Source of the DNA: an uncultured Fidelibacterota bacterium
Lineage (GTDB): Bacteria; Fidelibacterota; Marinisomatia; Marinisomatales; UBA1611
Reading direction: 5' to 3'
NCBI GenBank assembly: GCA_913040915.1
Contig: CAJWHW010000004.1
Coordinates: forward strand, 1-64,000
Length of the DNA stretch: 64,000 nt
Positions 1 to 9,188 of this stretch are shown here, piece by piece. Within the stretch, counting starts at the first letter, position 1. Each line of letters begins with the position of its first letter. The notes beneath the pieces were generated by a model. It made no database searches, had not been told where the DNA came from, and saw nothing but the letters and a program-made list of their open reading frames with translations. The translations under genes and the position numbers were made by a program.

Positions 1-1743
1 TATTTAAAACCTGCCTTTGATGAAATATTAGCTAATGAATTTCAGATTAGGGATCTTTTTGGTGAGCGGAATGCAGATATTGGTTCAAATAATTGGGTAG
101 TATCAGGTGAGTTAACAGCTTCAGGTAAACCTCTGTTAGCCAATGACCCTCATTTAGCATATACCCAACCGCCGCGATGGTTTGAAATTCATTTAAAAGG
201 AGGCAGGTTCAATACATCCGGGGTGTGTATCGCAGGCATTCCGATTCCTGTAATCGGACAAAATCAACATGTTGCTTGGGGGTTCACAAATAGCATGGTG
301 GATGATTTAGATTTTTTCATTGAAAAAACTCACCCCGATGACTCAACGAAATATTTATGGGGTGATCAATGGCGCCAAATAGAATTTCAAAAAGAAATAA
401 TCAAAATTAAAGATAGCAAAGATACAACAATTACTGTTCGAATAACTCATCATGGCCCGATTATAAGTGATGTTCATGGTTTATTAAAAAATAAAAACAT
501 AGCTATGTCTATAGCTTGGACAGGTCATTGGATTACAACTGAAATGGACGCATGGGTAAAATTGAATACAATGAAAAACTGGGATGATTTTACACGTGGG
601 GTAGAATTATTTGGTGTGCCCGGTCAAAATATTGTTTATGCGGATGATCAAGGGAATATAGGTTGGCGGCCTGCTGTTTATGTCCCAATTCGGAAAGAAG
701 GTTCTAGTTTAATTCCACGGCCGGGCGATAATCCAGATTATGATTGGCAGGGTAAAGTCCCTTATGAAGAAATGCCTTATTTATACAATCCAACAAAAGG
801 ATATATCTCTACAGCAAACAACAAAACCATAACTGATGACTTCCCTTACTATATCAGTGGCCTTTGGGCAGACCCGAGCCGCGCTGAACAACTAGTGCGA
901 AGATTAGATAGTTTGGAAAAAATGACAGTTGATGATATGAAATCTATTCAGTTAGATCAGACATCGCCTTTTGCTGAAGAATTTGTTCCATATTTATTAG
1001 CTGTAGAAACTGGAGATGAAACTGGAAATATTGCAATTGCATTTGATTTTTTGAAAGAGTGGGACTTTGTTGAAGATGTGGATTCTGAAGCAACCTTGCT
1101 TTTTCATGCAGTACTCAGAAACCTGACACTCAACTTGTACGGCGATGAACTATCTCTTCTTGGAGATAATTATCTAGAAGCATATACAGGTTTAAAATAT
1201 TTAGTTCATCGAAAACTACGTGAAGTATTGGCAACTGGGGAATCATCCTGGATTGATGATATACGTACACAAGATCATCAAGAAACATTACGAGAAATCA
1301 TCATAAGATCCATCACAGATGCTGTAGCTGAAATAGAAAATAAATTTGGTGTGAATGTATCTAATTGGAAATGGGGGGATGCCCACGCATTAACTCATAA
1401 ACACATGTTGTCAGATGTGAAATTTCTTAATTGGTTTTTTGATCTGGAAGTTGGTCCATATCGTTCAGGCGGTTCTGATAAAACTCCGAATGCCGGTGGT
1501 TATTCATTTAATAAACCCTATAAGCAAACCGCTGGTGCTTCAATGCGGCGCATAGTTGATTTTAGCAATATGAATGAAACACAATTCATTATTCCGACTG
1601 GACAATCTGGTATTCCATCAAGCCCCCATTATAGTGATCAGGCAGAGATGTATCATAAAGGTCAATACAGAACAACCTATTTTGATGAATCATTTATTCG
1701 CAAAGCCGATGAATTCCGACACCTTATATTATTGCCTGATTAA
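1..1743 (+). CDS. Penicillin acylase / Ntn-hydrolase family amidase, 5'-truncated by the window edge
   Basis: Frame is open from base 1. The beta-subunit N-terminal motif GSNNWVVSGELTASGKPLLANDPHL (nucleophile Ser codon 85-87) lies upstream of the ORF-track start at 223. C-terminal PTGQSG..SSPHYSDQ motif. Confidence 0.92.
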   Translation, partial: YLKPAFDEILANEFQIRDLFGERNADIGSNNWVVSGELTASGKPLLANDPHLAYTQPPRWFEIHLKGGRFNTSGVCIAGIPIPVIGQNQHVAWGFTNSMVDDLDFFIEKTHPDDSTKYLWGDQWRQIEFQKEIIKIKDSKDTTITVRITHHGPIISDVHGLLKNKNIAMSIAWTGHWITTEMDAWVKLNTMKNWDDFTRGVELFGVPGQNIVYADDQGNIGWRPAVYVPIRKEGSSLIPRPGDNPDYDWQGKVPYEEMPYLYNPTKGYISTANNKTITDDFPYYISGLWADPSRAEQLVRRLDSLEKMTVDDMKSIQLDQTSPFAEEFVPYLLAVETGDETGNIAIAFDFLKEWDFVEDVDSEATLLFHAVLRNLTLNLYGDELSLLGDNYLEAYTGLKYLVHRKLREVLATGESSWIDDIRTQDHQETLREIIIRSITDAVAEIENKFGVNVSNWKWGDAHALTHKHMLSDVKFLNWFFDLEVGPYRSGGSDKTPNAGGYSFNKPYKQTAGASMRRIVDFSNMNETQFIIPTGQSGIPSSPHYSDQAEMYHKGQYRTTYFDESFIRKADEFRHLILLPD

Positions 1744-2534
1744 TGCCTGAAGTTTTAATCTTAAGCGGAATTGTAATTTTAATGGTTAATCACAGGTTTT
1801 ATTGGCGCGCCAGAAAACAAAATAAATTGCCTAGATTTATGGCACACCGAGGTATAAAAACAAACTCTCCGGAAAACTCGTTAGCAGCCTATCAAGATGC
1901 TGTTGATAATGGATTTGAAGCCATTGAGATGGATATTGTTTCGACTCATGATGGGCAGCTTATCTGTTCACACAATTTTGATCTTGAGCGTGAAACCACT
2001 GGTTCTGGCTGGATCCACAAAATAAATAAAAAACAATTAGAACCAATTAAAACAGGGATTTATTCTCATCCTAATAACAGTCAATCTATGCCTACATTTT
2101 TAGATGCAGTAAACCAAATTCCACCTCATATCTTTTTAAATATTGAAATTAAAACACACCGGATATTTGATTTATCTACAGCAAAGGCTTTTATTCGTTT
2201 TGTTCAATTTGATGAAATTAAACAAAAATTTATTATTTCCTGTTTTAATCCATTTGTTGTGGCTTACTTTAGGTTGTTCCATCCAAAAATTCCTATCGGA
2301 TTTTTAATTCAAGATAAACAATTACTATGGTTAATACATTGGATTCATCCGGATTTTTTGCATCCAAGAGCTGATATGGTTGATGATAAAATTATGGATC
2401 TAAGCAGGGAACATAAATTGCCTTTGAATATTTGGACTGTAAATAACCTTGCTGCCATAGACTGGTGCTGTCAAAATAAAATTGCAGGTGTCATAACCGA
2501 TAATCCAAATGCTCTTCACCGTAACCCCAACTAG
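1743..2534 (+). CDS. Glycerophosphodiester phosphodiesterase (GDPD) with N-terminal membrane anchor
   Basis: AHRG..PENSLAA, EMD, NIEIK, WTVN and GVITDNP motifs; TAATG overlap with the upstream gene. Confidence 0.9.
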   Translation: MPEVLILSGIVILMVNHRFYWRARKQNKLPRFMAHRGIKTNSPENSLAAYQDAVDNGFEAIEMDIVSTHDGQLICSHNFDLERETTGSGWIHKINKKQLEPIKTGIYSHPNNSQSMPTFLDAVNQIPPHIFLNIEIKTHRIFDLSTAKAFIRFVQFDEIKQKFIISCFNPFVVAYFRLFHPKIPIGFLIQDKQLLWLIHWIHPDFLHPRADMVDDKIMDLSREHKLPLNIWTVNNLAAIDWCCQNKIAGVITDNPNALHRNPN

Positions 2535-2580
2535 AGTATCGCTTCAAACTTGTACCATATAAAAAAGGATATCTTTCATT

Positions 2581-2895
2581 ATGAAACAATTAACAGTAAA
2601 GGAATTAAAAACTAAATTAGATGCCAAAGAAGATTTTATGCTACTGGATGTGAGGGAAGCCCATGAATTAGCTATCGCTAAATTGGAAGATGCACTACAT
2701 ATTCCTATGATGCAAATTCCAATAAAATATCTAGAGTTTAATAAAGCAAATCCCATTGCAGTAATGTGTCATACTGGTGGTCGTTCTGCACAAGTTTGTA
2801 TGTTTTTAGATCAATATGGATTTGACACATACAATATTCAAGGTGGAATTCATGCGTGGGCATTGGAAATTGATCCTAATGTTAAAACATATTAG
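2581..2895 (+). CDS. Single-domain rhodanese / sulfurtransferase
   Basis: LLDVRE..E, active-site loop CHTGGRS, GGIHAW. Confidence 0.9.
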   Translation: MKQLTVKELKTKLDAKEDFMLLDVREAHELAIAKLEDALHIPMMQIPIKYLEFNKANPIAVMCHTGGRSAQVCMFLDQYGFDTYNIQGGIHAWALEIDPNVKTY

Positions 2896-2897
2896 AT

Positions 2898-2929
2898 CTA
2901 ATACAATGCTAATAACTAGTGATTAGCAT
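2898..2929 (+). promoter_or_regulatory. Putative Pho box plus -10 element upstream of the phoB remnant and phoX-ppk2-nudix
   Basis: CTAAT(2898)-N6-CTAAT(2909)-N10-TAGCAT(2924); same geometry as at phoB, pstS and the Na/Pi transporter. Confidence 0.7.
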
Positions 2930-2938
2930 CACATCAAC

Positions 2939-3200
2939 ATGAATATCAAAAAGACACATATTTTAGTAGTTGAAAAAGAATCTGACATAACAGATCTTGG
3001 AGAATACACTCTTGAGACTAATGCATATAAAGTAACTAAATCCAACAGTGGTGTATCTTGGGAAAAAAGCTCGAGAATTAAAACTGGATCTTATTTTATT
3101 AGAGCTGATGTTTCTTGGGATTCATGGTTTGGACGTTTGTAGAATTCTGAAGGCAGATGCTGGCACAAATACAATATTTGCCATTACTCTTCCTTTGTAA
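2939..3200 (+). pseudogene. phoB: Frameshifted, truncated copy of the phoB receiver domain
   Basis: Frame of 2939 reads KKTHILVVEKESDITDLGEYTL (cf. KKHILIIEDEKDIAELLEYNL at 6145). After a shift near 3055-3060 it reads KKARELKLDLILLELMFLGIHGLDVCRILKAD (cf. KVARKQNPDLILLDLMLPGIQGLDVCRIIKTD), stopping at 3198-3200. No DNA-binding domain. Confidence 0.85.
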
Positions 3201-3229
3201 TATCCCGCATTAATTTTAAGGCTGAATAA

Positions 3230-4513
3230 ATGAAAATGAATCGTAGGACTTTTTTATCCACTATAGGGCTTTTTCCCTTTTTGAGCTTTGAAAGGGCCCT
3301 AGGCCACAAAATCAAAAAAGATTCAAATAAGATTGTGGATTTAAATCCGCATTTATCATATAACATATTATCCAGAAAGGGTAATAAAATGTCTGATGGA
3401 TACCTTGTCCCAGGTTTACCAGATGGTATGGGCGCATTTGCAGTCAAAAATAAAACAGTGATCATAAGAAATCACGAATTGACTAAGTGGACCCATTCGA
3501 GAGAAAGTGCTTTTTCTAATCCAAAAAAAGAAATTCAAGCTCTAGATAATAAACATTACGATGTAAAATCATTTGGTGGAACGACTACCATGGTGTATGA
3601 TAATGCATCCAATAAGGTTGTTAATGAATACTTGAGTCTTAGTGGCACTATAGCTAATTGCGGAGGAGGAATTACACCATGGGGAACTTGGCTTTCTTGT
3701 GAAGAGCATATTGAAAAAAAACAGAATAACCAAACACCTCACGGATATGTTTTTGAGGTCTCCCCCCTTGGCGATTCTCTTGAAATACCTCGTCCGCTTA
3801 AAAAGATGGGGCGATTTAATCATGAAGCAGTTGCGTTTGATAAGTTTAATCAGGCTTATTTAACAGAAGATAGAAATGATGGCTTGATTTATAAATTCAT
3901 TCCAGAAAGAATTAATTCTCTAAAAAAAGGTGAGTTATTTGCCTTAAGAATCGATGATAATACATTCACTGATTTTAGAAATTGGTCAAAATCACTTGTA
4001 ACAAAAAATAAACGTTTTAATATTGAATGGATCAAAATTGAAGAACATGACCCTATCGAGGATTCTGTGCGATTCGAAGGGCACTATAAGGGCGCAACAA
4101 AATTTGCACGAGGGGAAGGAATTACTTCAGATGGGGTTTCAATCTATATTGCCTGTACAAATGGTGGGCCAGTCAAAAAAGGGCAAATTTGGAAAATCAC
4201 TCCAACCTCAAAAAATGAATCCACCATAGAATTATGGTATGAAGTAGATATAGAAAATAATATTAATATGCCAGATAATATCATGATTGCACCATGGGGT
4301 GATTTGATTGTCTGTGAAGACAATTCAGATATAAATAGACTTTGGGGAATAAATCCAAATGGCCAATCATATCTTATTGCTGAGAATAATTATAACGGTG
4401 CTGAGTTTGCTGGTGTTTGTTTTTCACCCATTGATGGTAGTATGTTTGTCAATCTCCAACAAAATGGCTTAACAATATCAGTGACTGGGAATTGGAAAGA
4501 AGTTTTAATCTAG
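3230..4513 (+). CDS. phoX: PhoX-family (DUF839) alkaline phosphatase, Tat-exported
   Basis: Twin-arginine signal MNRRTFL; NHE, NCGGGITPWGTWLSCEE, MGRFNHEA, RGEG, PDN and CED motifs. Confidence 0.9.
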   Translation: MKMNRRTFLSTIGLFPFLSFERALGHKIKKDSNKIVDLNPHLSYNILSRKGNKMSDGYLVPGLPDGMGAFAVKNKTVIIRNHELTKWTHSRESAFSNPKKEIQALDNKHYDVKSFGGTTTMVYDNASNKVVNEYLSLSGTIANCGGGITPWGTWLSCEEHIEKKQNNQTPHGYVFEVSPLGDSLEIPRPLKKMGRFNHEAVAFDKFNQAYLTEDRNDGLIYKFIPERINSLKKGELFALRIDDNTFTDFRNWSKSLVTKNKRFNIEWIKIEEHDPIEDSVRFEGHYKGATKFARGEGITSDGVSIYIACTNGGPVKKGQIWKITPTSKNESTIELWYEVDIENNINMPDNIMIAPWGDLIVCEDNSDINRLWGINPNGQSYLIAENNYNGAEFAGVCFSPIDGSMFVNLQQNGLTISVTGNWKEVLI

Positions 4514-4548
4514 GTATAAGTATACTTAGATAATATATAGCAATAATT

Positions 4549-5385
4549 ATGATAATATATAATAGAACAGAATATAAAACTCTTTCACCAAAGCAATATA
4601 AAAAAGAGAAAAAAAGACTACAGGTAGAATTATTAAAACTTCAGGAATGGGTAATAAAGAACAATAAAAGAATTGGTATTGTTTTTGAGGGTAGAGACGC
4701 TGCTGGTAAGGGGTCCACTATAAAACGCTTTATAGAAAACATGATGCCCAAGACTGTCAGCGTTATAGAATTAGGAGTTCCAAATAAAAAACAAAGAAAG
4801 CGATGGTTTGACACCTGGAATAAAATGATGCCCCCCCCAGGAAATATATATTTTTTTGACAGAAGCTGGTATTCAAGAGCCATTATACAGCCTGTCATGG
4901 GGTATTGCAACGAGACGCAATATAAATACTTTATGAAAAATGTAAATAAATGGGAGAATCATCTAATAAATAATGGGATAATACTGATCAAATTCTACTT
5001 ATCTATATCAAAAGAGAACCAACAACTAAGGTTTCATTTAAGAGAAATTAACCCGTTAAAATATTGGAAACTTTCACCAAACGATTGGAAATCACATAAA
5101 AACTGGCAAGTTCTTACAAAGTTCAAAGAGTATATGTTTAAACACACATCAACAGAAATATCTCCATGGGTTATAATAAACTCAGACAATAAAATGATTG
5201 CACGCTTGAATGCAATGAGATATGTCCTTGCACAAATAGATTATGAAGGAAAAGAAAGGATAAAAATAAAAAAATGGAACAGAGAAGACCCGACTTATCA
5301 GATGACAGTTAACAATGTTCTATTTGAAGATCTCAATAAAGAACAATATGAGTTTTTATATCAAATAAAAGCAAATGAACAATAA
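4549..5385 (+). CDS. ppk2: Polyphosphate kinase 2
   Basis: Walker A FEGRDAAGKG, FDRSWY, PLKYWKLSPND, SPWVII..DNK..AR. Confidence 0.93.
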   Translation: MIIYNRTEYKTLSPKQYKKEKKRLQVELLKLQEWVIKNNKRIGIVFEGRDAAGKGSTIKRFIENMMPKTVSVIELGVPNKKQRKRWFDTWNKMMPPPGNIYFFDRSWYSRAIIQPVMGYCNETQYKYFMKNVNKWENHLINNGIILIKFYLSISKENQQLRFHLREINPLKYWKLSPNDWKSHKNWQVLTKFKEYMFKHTSTEISPWVIINSDNKMIARLNAMRYVLAQIDYEGKERIKIKKWNREDPTYQMTVNNVLFEDLNKEQYEFLYQIKANEQ

Positions 5386-5836
5386 AATTAATACAGCTGG
5401 CGGAATTGTAATAAAAAACAATGCAATTTTATTTATAAAAAAAAATGATGTTTGGGATTTGCCAAAAGGAAAAATTAAAAAAGGCGACAAAAAAAGATAT
5501 ACAGCTATTAATGAAATATCTGAAGAAACTGGTTTAAAAAAAGAATCATTAATAATAAAAAATAAATTAATCCCGACATATTACCATAAGAGGATTAATG
5601 CACACCATTTTATAAAAAAAACATATTGGTATCTAGTGGAGTATAATGGAAGTTTATCTCAAAAATTAATTCCAGACAAACACGAGGGAATTACACAATG
5701 TAAGTGGGTGAGCTATAAAGACTTAGAATATATTCTTAAAGATTGCCACATATGGATAGCATACTTAATAAAATATTTTAAGGGGACAATATATTATAGA
5801 GATTCTATTAATTCGACCACCTCATCTAATATCTAA
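5375..5836 (+). CDS. Nudix hydrolase
   Basis: AGGIV and WDLPKGK..EISEETGL Nudix box (slightly degenerate); overlaps the ppk2 stop. Confidence 0.85.
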   Translation: MNNKINTAGGIVIKNNAILFIKKNDVWDLPKGKIKKGDKKRYTAINEISEETGLKKESLIIKNKLIPTYYHKRINAHHFIKKTYWYLVEYNGSLSQKLIPDKHEGITQCKWVSYKDLEYILKDCHIWIAYLIKYFKGTIYYRDSINSTTSSNI

Positions 5837-6026
5837 AATCTGCTTTTCATAAAAGGCACGAGGTTTATTAGCTGTCTTATTATCATGAACTACAACATAT
5901 CCATTTTTAAACCTTGCCATACCGCTGATTGTTAATTCTTGTTTTTTTAGTTAAGGTCAACTATTGATTATCTGCATACAAAAAACAGTATATTGATGTA
6001 GAAGATAGAATGATTTTATTTTTCAT
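5822..6026 (-). pseudogene. Degraded 5' remnant of a secreted protein gene divergent from phoB
   Basis: MKNKIILSSTSIYCFLYADNQ*(TAG)LTLTKK, then a frameshift in an A7 run, then QELTISGMARFKNGYVVVHDNK. The ISGMA..VVHDNK pattern resembles beta-propeller (phytase-like) blade starts; recognised from memory only. Confidence 0.4.
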
Positions 6027-6100
6027 CAGATTTCAAATAATTATTTTTCTTAAAAACCCAATCAGTTTATGATACTATATAAAGAATTATTTCACCAAAC

Positions 6101-6132
6101 CTAATATATTTCTAACAAACCATTTATAATTT
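6101..6132 (+). promoter_or_regulatory. Putative Pho box plus -10 element upstream of phoB (autoregulation)
   Basis: CTAAT(6101)-N6-CTAAC(6112)-N10-TAATTT(6127); an overlapping TATAAT lies at 6125-6130. Confidence 0.75.
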
Positions 6133-6144
6133 TATTTTAATACC

Positions 6145-6840
6145 ATGTCAAAAAAACATATTTTAATTATTGAAGACGAAAAAGACATTGCTGAGCTTCT
6201 TGAATATAACCTTGGTGCTGGTGGATATTATACATATGTCGCTAATAATGGGGAAACCGGCCTCAAAGTGGCTAGAAAACAAAATCCGGACCTCATTCTT
6301 CTTGATCTAATGCTGCCTGGAATTCAGGGGTTAGATGTTTGTCGAATTATCAAGACTGATGAAGACACAAAAAATATCCCAATAGTAATGCTTACTGCAC
6401 TTGGGCAAGAAGAAAATATTGTGAAGGGCTTGGAATCGGGAGCTGATGATTATATTACCAAACCGTTCAGTTTTAAAATATTGTTAGCAAGAATTAAATC
6501 CGTTCTCCGTAGGGGTAAACTAGAAGAGCAAGACCTAAATAAAGAAATAAAAATTTTTGATGTAACAATTAAACCAAGAACAAGAGAAGTGATTATAAGC
6601 AATGCATTTATTGAACTAACTTTTACAGAATTTCAAATTTTACATTTATTATCATCACACCCTGGATGGGTTTTTACAAGGTATCAAATTATTGATAAGA
6701 TACGTGGAGATAATTACCCCGTAACAGACCGTTCCATAGATTTTCAAATAGTTGGGTTGAGAAAAAAAATGGGTGAATCTGGGTCTCTCATTCAGACCAT
6801 TCGTGGTGTTGGGTATCGATTTAAACCTGGGGATTCCTAG
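6145..6840 (+). CDS. phoB: Phosphate regulon response regulator (OmpR/PhoB family)
   Basis: Receiver domain (ED, DLMLP, GADDYITKPF) plus winged helix (IQTIRGVGYRF); directly upstream of phoR and pstSCAB-phoU. Confidence 0.9.
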   Translation: MSKKHILIIEDEKDIAELLEYNLGAGGYYTYVANNGETGLKVARKQNPDLILLDLMLPGIQGLDVCRIIKTDEDTKNIPIVMLTALGQEENIVKGLESGADDYITKPFSFKILLARIKSVLRRGKLEEQDLNKEIKIFDVTIKPRTREVIISNAFIELTFTEFQILHLLSSHPGWVFTRYQIIDKIRGDNYPVTDRSIDFQIVGLRKKMGESGSLIQTIRGVGYRFKPGDS

Positions 6841-6873
6841 GTTTTCTATTGGTTTAATTCCTTATAATTCTTG

Positions 6874-7914
6874 ATGGCCAAACACCTAAAAAGAAATAAA
6901 ACAGAAGAAGATACAAATTTTGTCTTATCAAACATGACAGAAGGTGTATTGGTCGTAGATAACCAAAAAACTATTCTGATGATAAATAAATCAGGACTCA
7001 CATATCTTAATATTATGACAAAGAATCCAATTGGGCTCAAGATTGACAAAGCAATAAAGGATGAGAACTTTCAATCCTACATTAATGAATTAATTGAATC
7101 CAATACCGCTCAAAAAAAGGAGATCAGAATTAAAAAGAACATGGATAGATTTTTTCTGGTTAACGGAACCATTCTCCAGGGTCCTCAATCAGGATATCTT
7201 GTAGTGTTAAGCGATATTACCAAATTGAAACAACTTGAAAAAATAAGACAGGACTTTGTTGCAAATGTTAGTCATGAACTAAAAACTCCAATTACATCAA
7301 TTGTAGGGTTTCTGGAAACTGTTCAACAAAAAGGATTTCCAAAAGACAAAAGAAAATCATTTCTAAAAAAAGCGCTCAAAAACTCTAATAGACTAAATTC
7401 GATCATTGATGACCTCCTTTGGTTATCAAAAATTGAATCCATGGAAGACAATGACAGTTTTGATCTGACCAATCAGAGCCTTAATGATATTATACATGGT
7501 GCGGTTAATGATTTTCAAACCCTCATGGGTAAAGAAGATTTTTTTGTTGAAATAAAATGCGATTCATCTATTCATTTAAACGCAGATGAACAATTACTCC
7601 GAGAGGCGTTTATAAATCTCTTAGACAATGCAATTAAATACGGTGACCCAGATCAAGGAATTTCAATTACAGTTGAAATGAAATCAAGTTTGATTATACA
7701 ATTTCAAAATTATGGTGAACCGATTCCCGCGAAGTATAAAGACAGGATCTTCCATAGATTTTATCGCATTGACAAATCAAGAAGTCGTCGGCAGGGCGGT
7801 ACGGGTCTTGGATTAGCAATTGTAAAACATATTATATTTGTACACGGGGGAGATATTTCCGTTCAGAGCAATTATGAAATAGGTACTGTATTTACAATAG
7901 ATATTCCAATTTAG
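6874..7914 (+). CDS. phoR: Phosphate regulon sensor kinase (PAS-HisKA-HATPase) lacking transmembrane segments
   Basis: PAS (SNMTEGVLVVD), H-box DFVANVSHELKTPIT, N-box NLLDNAIKY, RFYRIDKSRSR..GGTGLGLAIVKH. ATG at 6874 (TTG at 6871); in-frame TAA at 6865. Confidence 0.88.
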   Translation: MAKHLKRNKTEEDTNFVLSNMTEGVLVVDNQKTILMINKSGLTYLNIMTKNPIGLKIDKAIKDENFQSYINELIESNTAQKKEIRIKKNMDRFFLVNGTILQGPQSGYLVVLSDITKLKQLEKIRQDFVANVSHELKTPITSIVGFLETVQQKGFPKDKRKSFLKKALKNSNRLNSIIDDLLWLSKIESMEDNDSFDLTNQSLNDIIHGAVNDFQTLMGKEDFFVEIKCDSSIHLNADEQLLREAFINLLDNAIKYGDPDQGISITVEMKSSLIIQFQNYGEPIPAKYKDRIFHRFYRIDKSRSRRQGGTGLGLAIVKHIIFVHGGDISVQSNYEIGTVFTIDIPI

Positions 7915-8051
7915 ATTAAACCATTAATTATGTTATTCAAGCCAAAATGAAATAGTTTTTTGTCTGTTTTTTGTAATAACCTAACAATATCAACCCCGTC
8001 CAACCCTTACCCCGCCCACTCAATTAATATGGTCTGAAGTAACATTAATAT

Positions 8052-8105
8052 CTATTGTTATTCTAACTAAAGGCTAACGCTATTCTAATGCTCCAGTAGT
8101 AAAAT
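8052..8105 (+). promoter_or_regulatory. Tandem Pho boxes plus -10 element upstream of pstS
   Basis: Four 11-bp-phased half-sites CTATT(8052), CTAAC(8063), CTAAC(8074), CTAAT(8085), then N10 and TAAAAT(8100). Confidence 0.82.
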
Positions 8106-8180
8106 TTTTTGGCATTTGTGGATAATGTATTTCGTTTTTAAGAATTATCTAATCACAAAGATTAACAAATAAGGAAAATA

Positions 8181-9176
8181 ATGAATAGCAAGATCATTAT
8201 AATATTGACAACTATCGGTCTCACTTTAATAAGTTGTGCAAAAGAAAAAAAAACACTAACTGGACTTAGTGGAACTGTAATGGTAGATGGGTCAAGCACC
8301 GTTTTCCCAATTACCGAAGCGGTTGCTGAGGAGTTTGGGAAAGTACACCCTAGGGTGCGTGTTACGGTTGGTGTTTCAGGAACAGGTGGCGGATTTAAAA
8401 AATATACTATTGGTGAAATAGATATTAATGATGCGTCTAGACCAATAAAGGGAAAAGAAATAAAAAAAGCGATTGAAAATAATGTTGAATTTATTGAATT
8501 GCCCGTGGCTTTTGATGGCCTCTCCGTTGTTGTGAGTAAAGAAAACACCTGGGTTAACAATCTCACAAAAGAAGAGCTTCATATGATTTGGAAACCAGAT
8601 AGTAGAATTACAAAATGGTCTGATATACGCCCCAACTGGCCTCAAGAAAAAATTAAACTATACGGCCCCGGTACAGATTCTGGAACGTTCGATTATTTTA
8701 CAGAAGCCATCAATGGGAAATCACAGGTTTGTCGTTCAGATTTTTCAAAAAGCGAAGATGATAATGTATTGGTCCAGGGCATTGCGGGGGATAAACACTC
8801 ATTAGGCTTCTTTGGTTTTGCTTATTACAAAGAAAATAAAGATAAATTAAAAATTGTGCCTATAGATGGCGGCAATGGCCCCATAGCACCATCAGAAGAA
8901 TCTATTAACAATGGGACATATCAGCCTCTTTCACGACCTATTTTTATTTATGTAAACCCAGTATCTGGAGAACGACCAGAAGTAAGTGCTTTTGTTGAGT
9001 TTTACATGAAAGAAGCAAAGCACCTTGTAGGCGAAGTTGGCTATGTGGCGTTGCCAGATCAAGTCTATACTATGGGCTTGGATCGTTTTAATAAAAAAAT
9101 AACTGGCTCGACATTCAGTGGCAAGAATACAGTGGGTGTTAAGATAGAAAACCTTTGGTCATCAAATTTAAGATAG
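8181..9176 (+). CDS. pstS: Phosphate ABC transporter substrate-binding lipoprotein
   Basis: Lipobox LISC; DGSSTV.P, SGTGGGF, ASR, DSGTFDYF, YQPLSRPIFIYVN. Confidence 0.95.
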   Translation: MNSKIIIILTTIGLTLISCAKEKKTLTGLSGTVMVDGSSTVFPITEAVAEEFGKVHPRVRVTVGVSGTGGGFKKYTIGEIDINDASRPIKGKEIKKAIENNVEFIELPVAFDGLSVVVSKENTWVNNLTKEELHMIWKPDSRITKWSDIRPNWPQEKIKLYGPGTDSGTFDYFTEAINGKSQVCRSDFSKSEDDNVLVQGIAGDKHSLGFFGFAYYKENKDKLKIVPIDGGNGPIAPSEESINNGTYQPLSRPIFIYVNPVSGERPEVSAFVEFYMKEAKHLVGEVGYVALPDQVYTMGLDRFNKKITGSTFSGKNTVGVKIENLWSSNLR

Positions 9177-9188
9177 AGTAAGTGTTTC

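Noticed and set aside
2939..3142. 67-aa ORF as a functional protein
   Set aside because: Its second half is out of frame relative to the phoB homology; treated as a pseudogene.
4517..4528. Perfect palindrome TAAGTATACTTA between phoX and ppk2
   Set aside because: Single AT-rich instance; no second copy noticed; compatible with chance.
4831..4838. C8 homopolymer in ppk2 as a phase-variation tract
   Set aside because: Short, in frame (Pro-Pro-Pro), and no evidence of length variation.
7981..7985. Isolated CTAAC upstream of pstS
   Set aside because: No partner half-site 11 bp away and out of phase with the 8052-8089 array.
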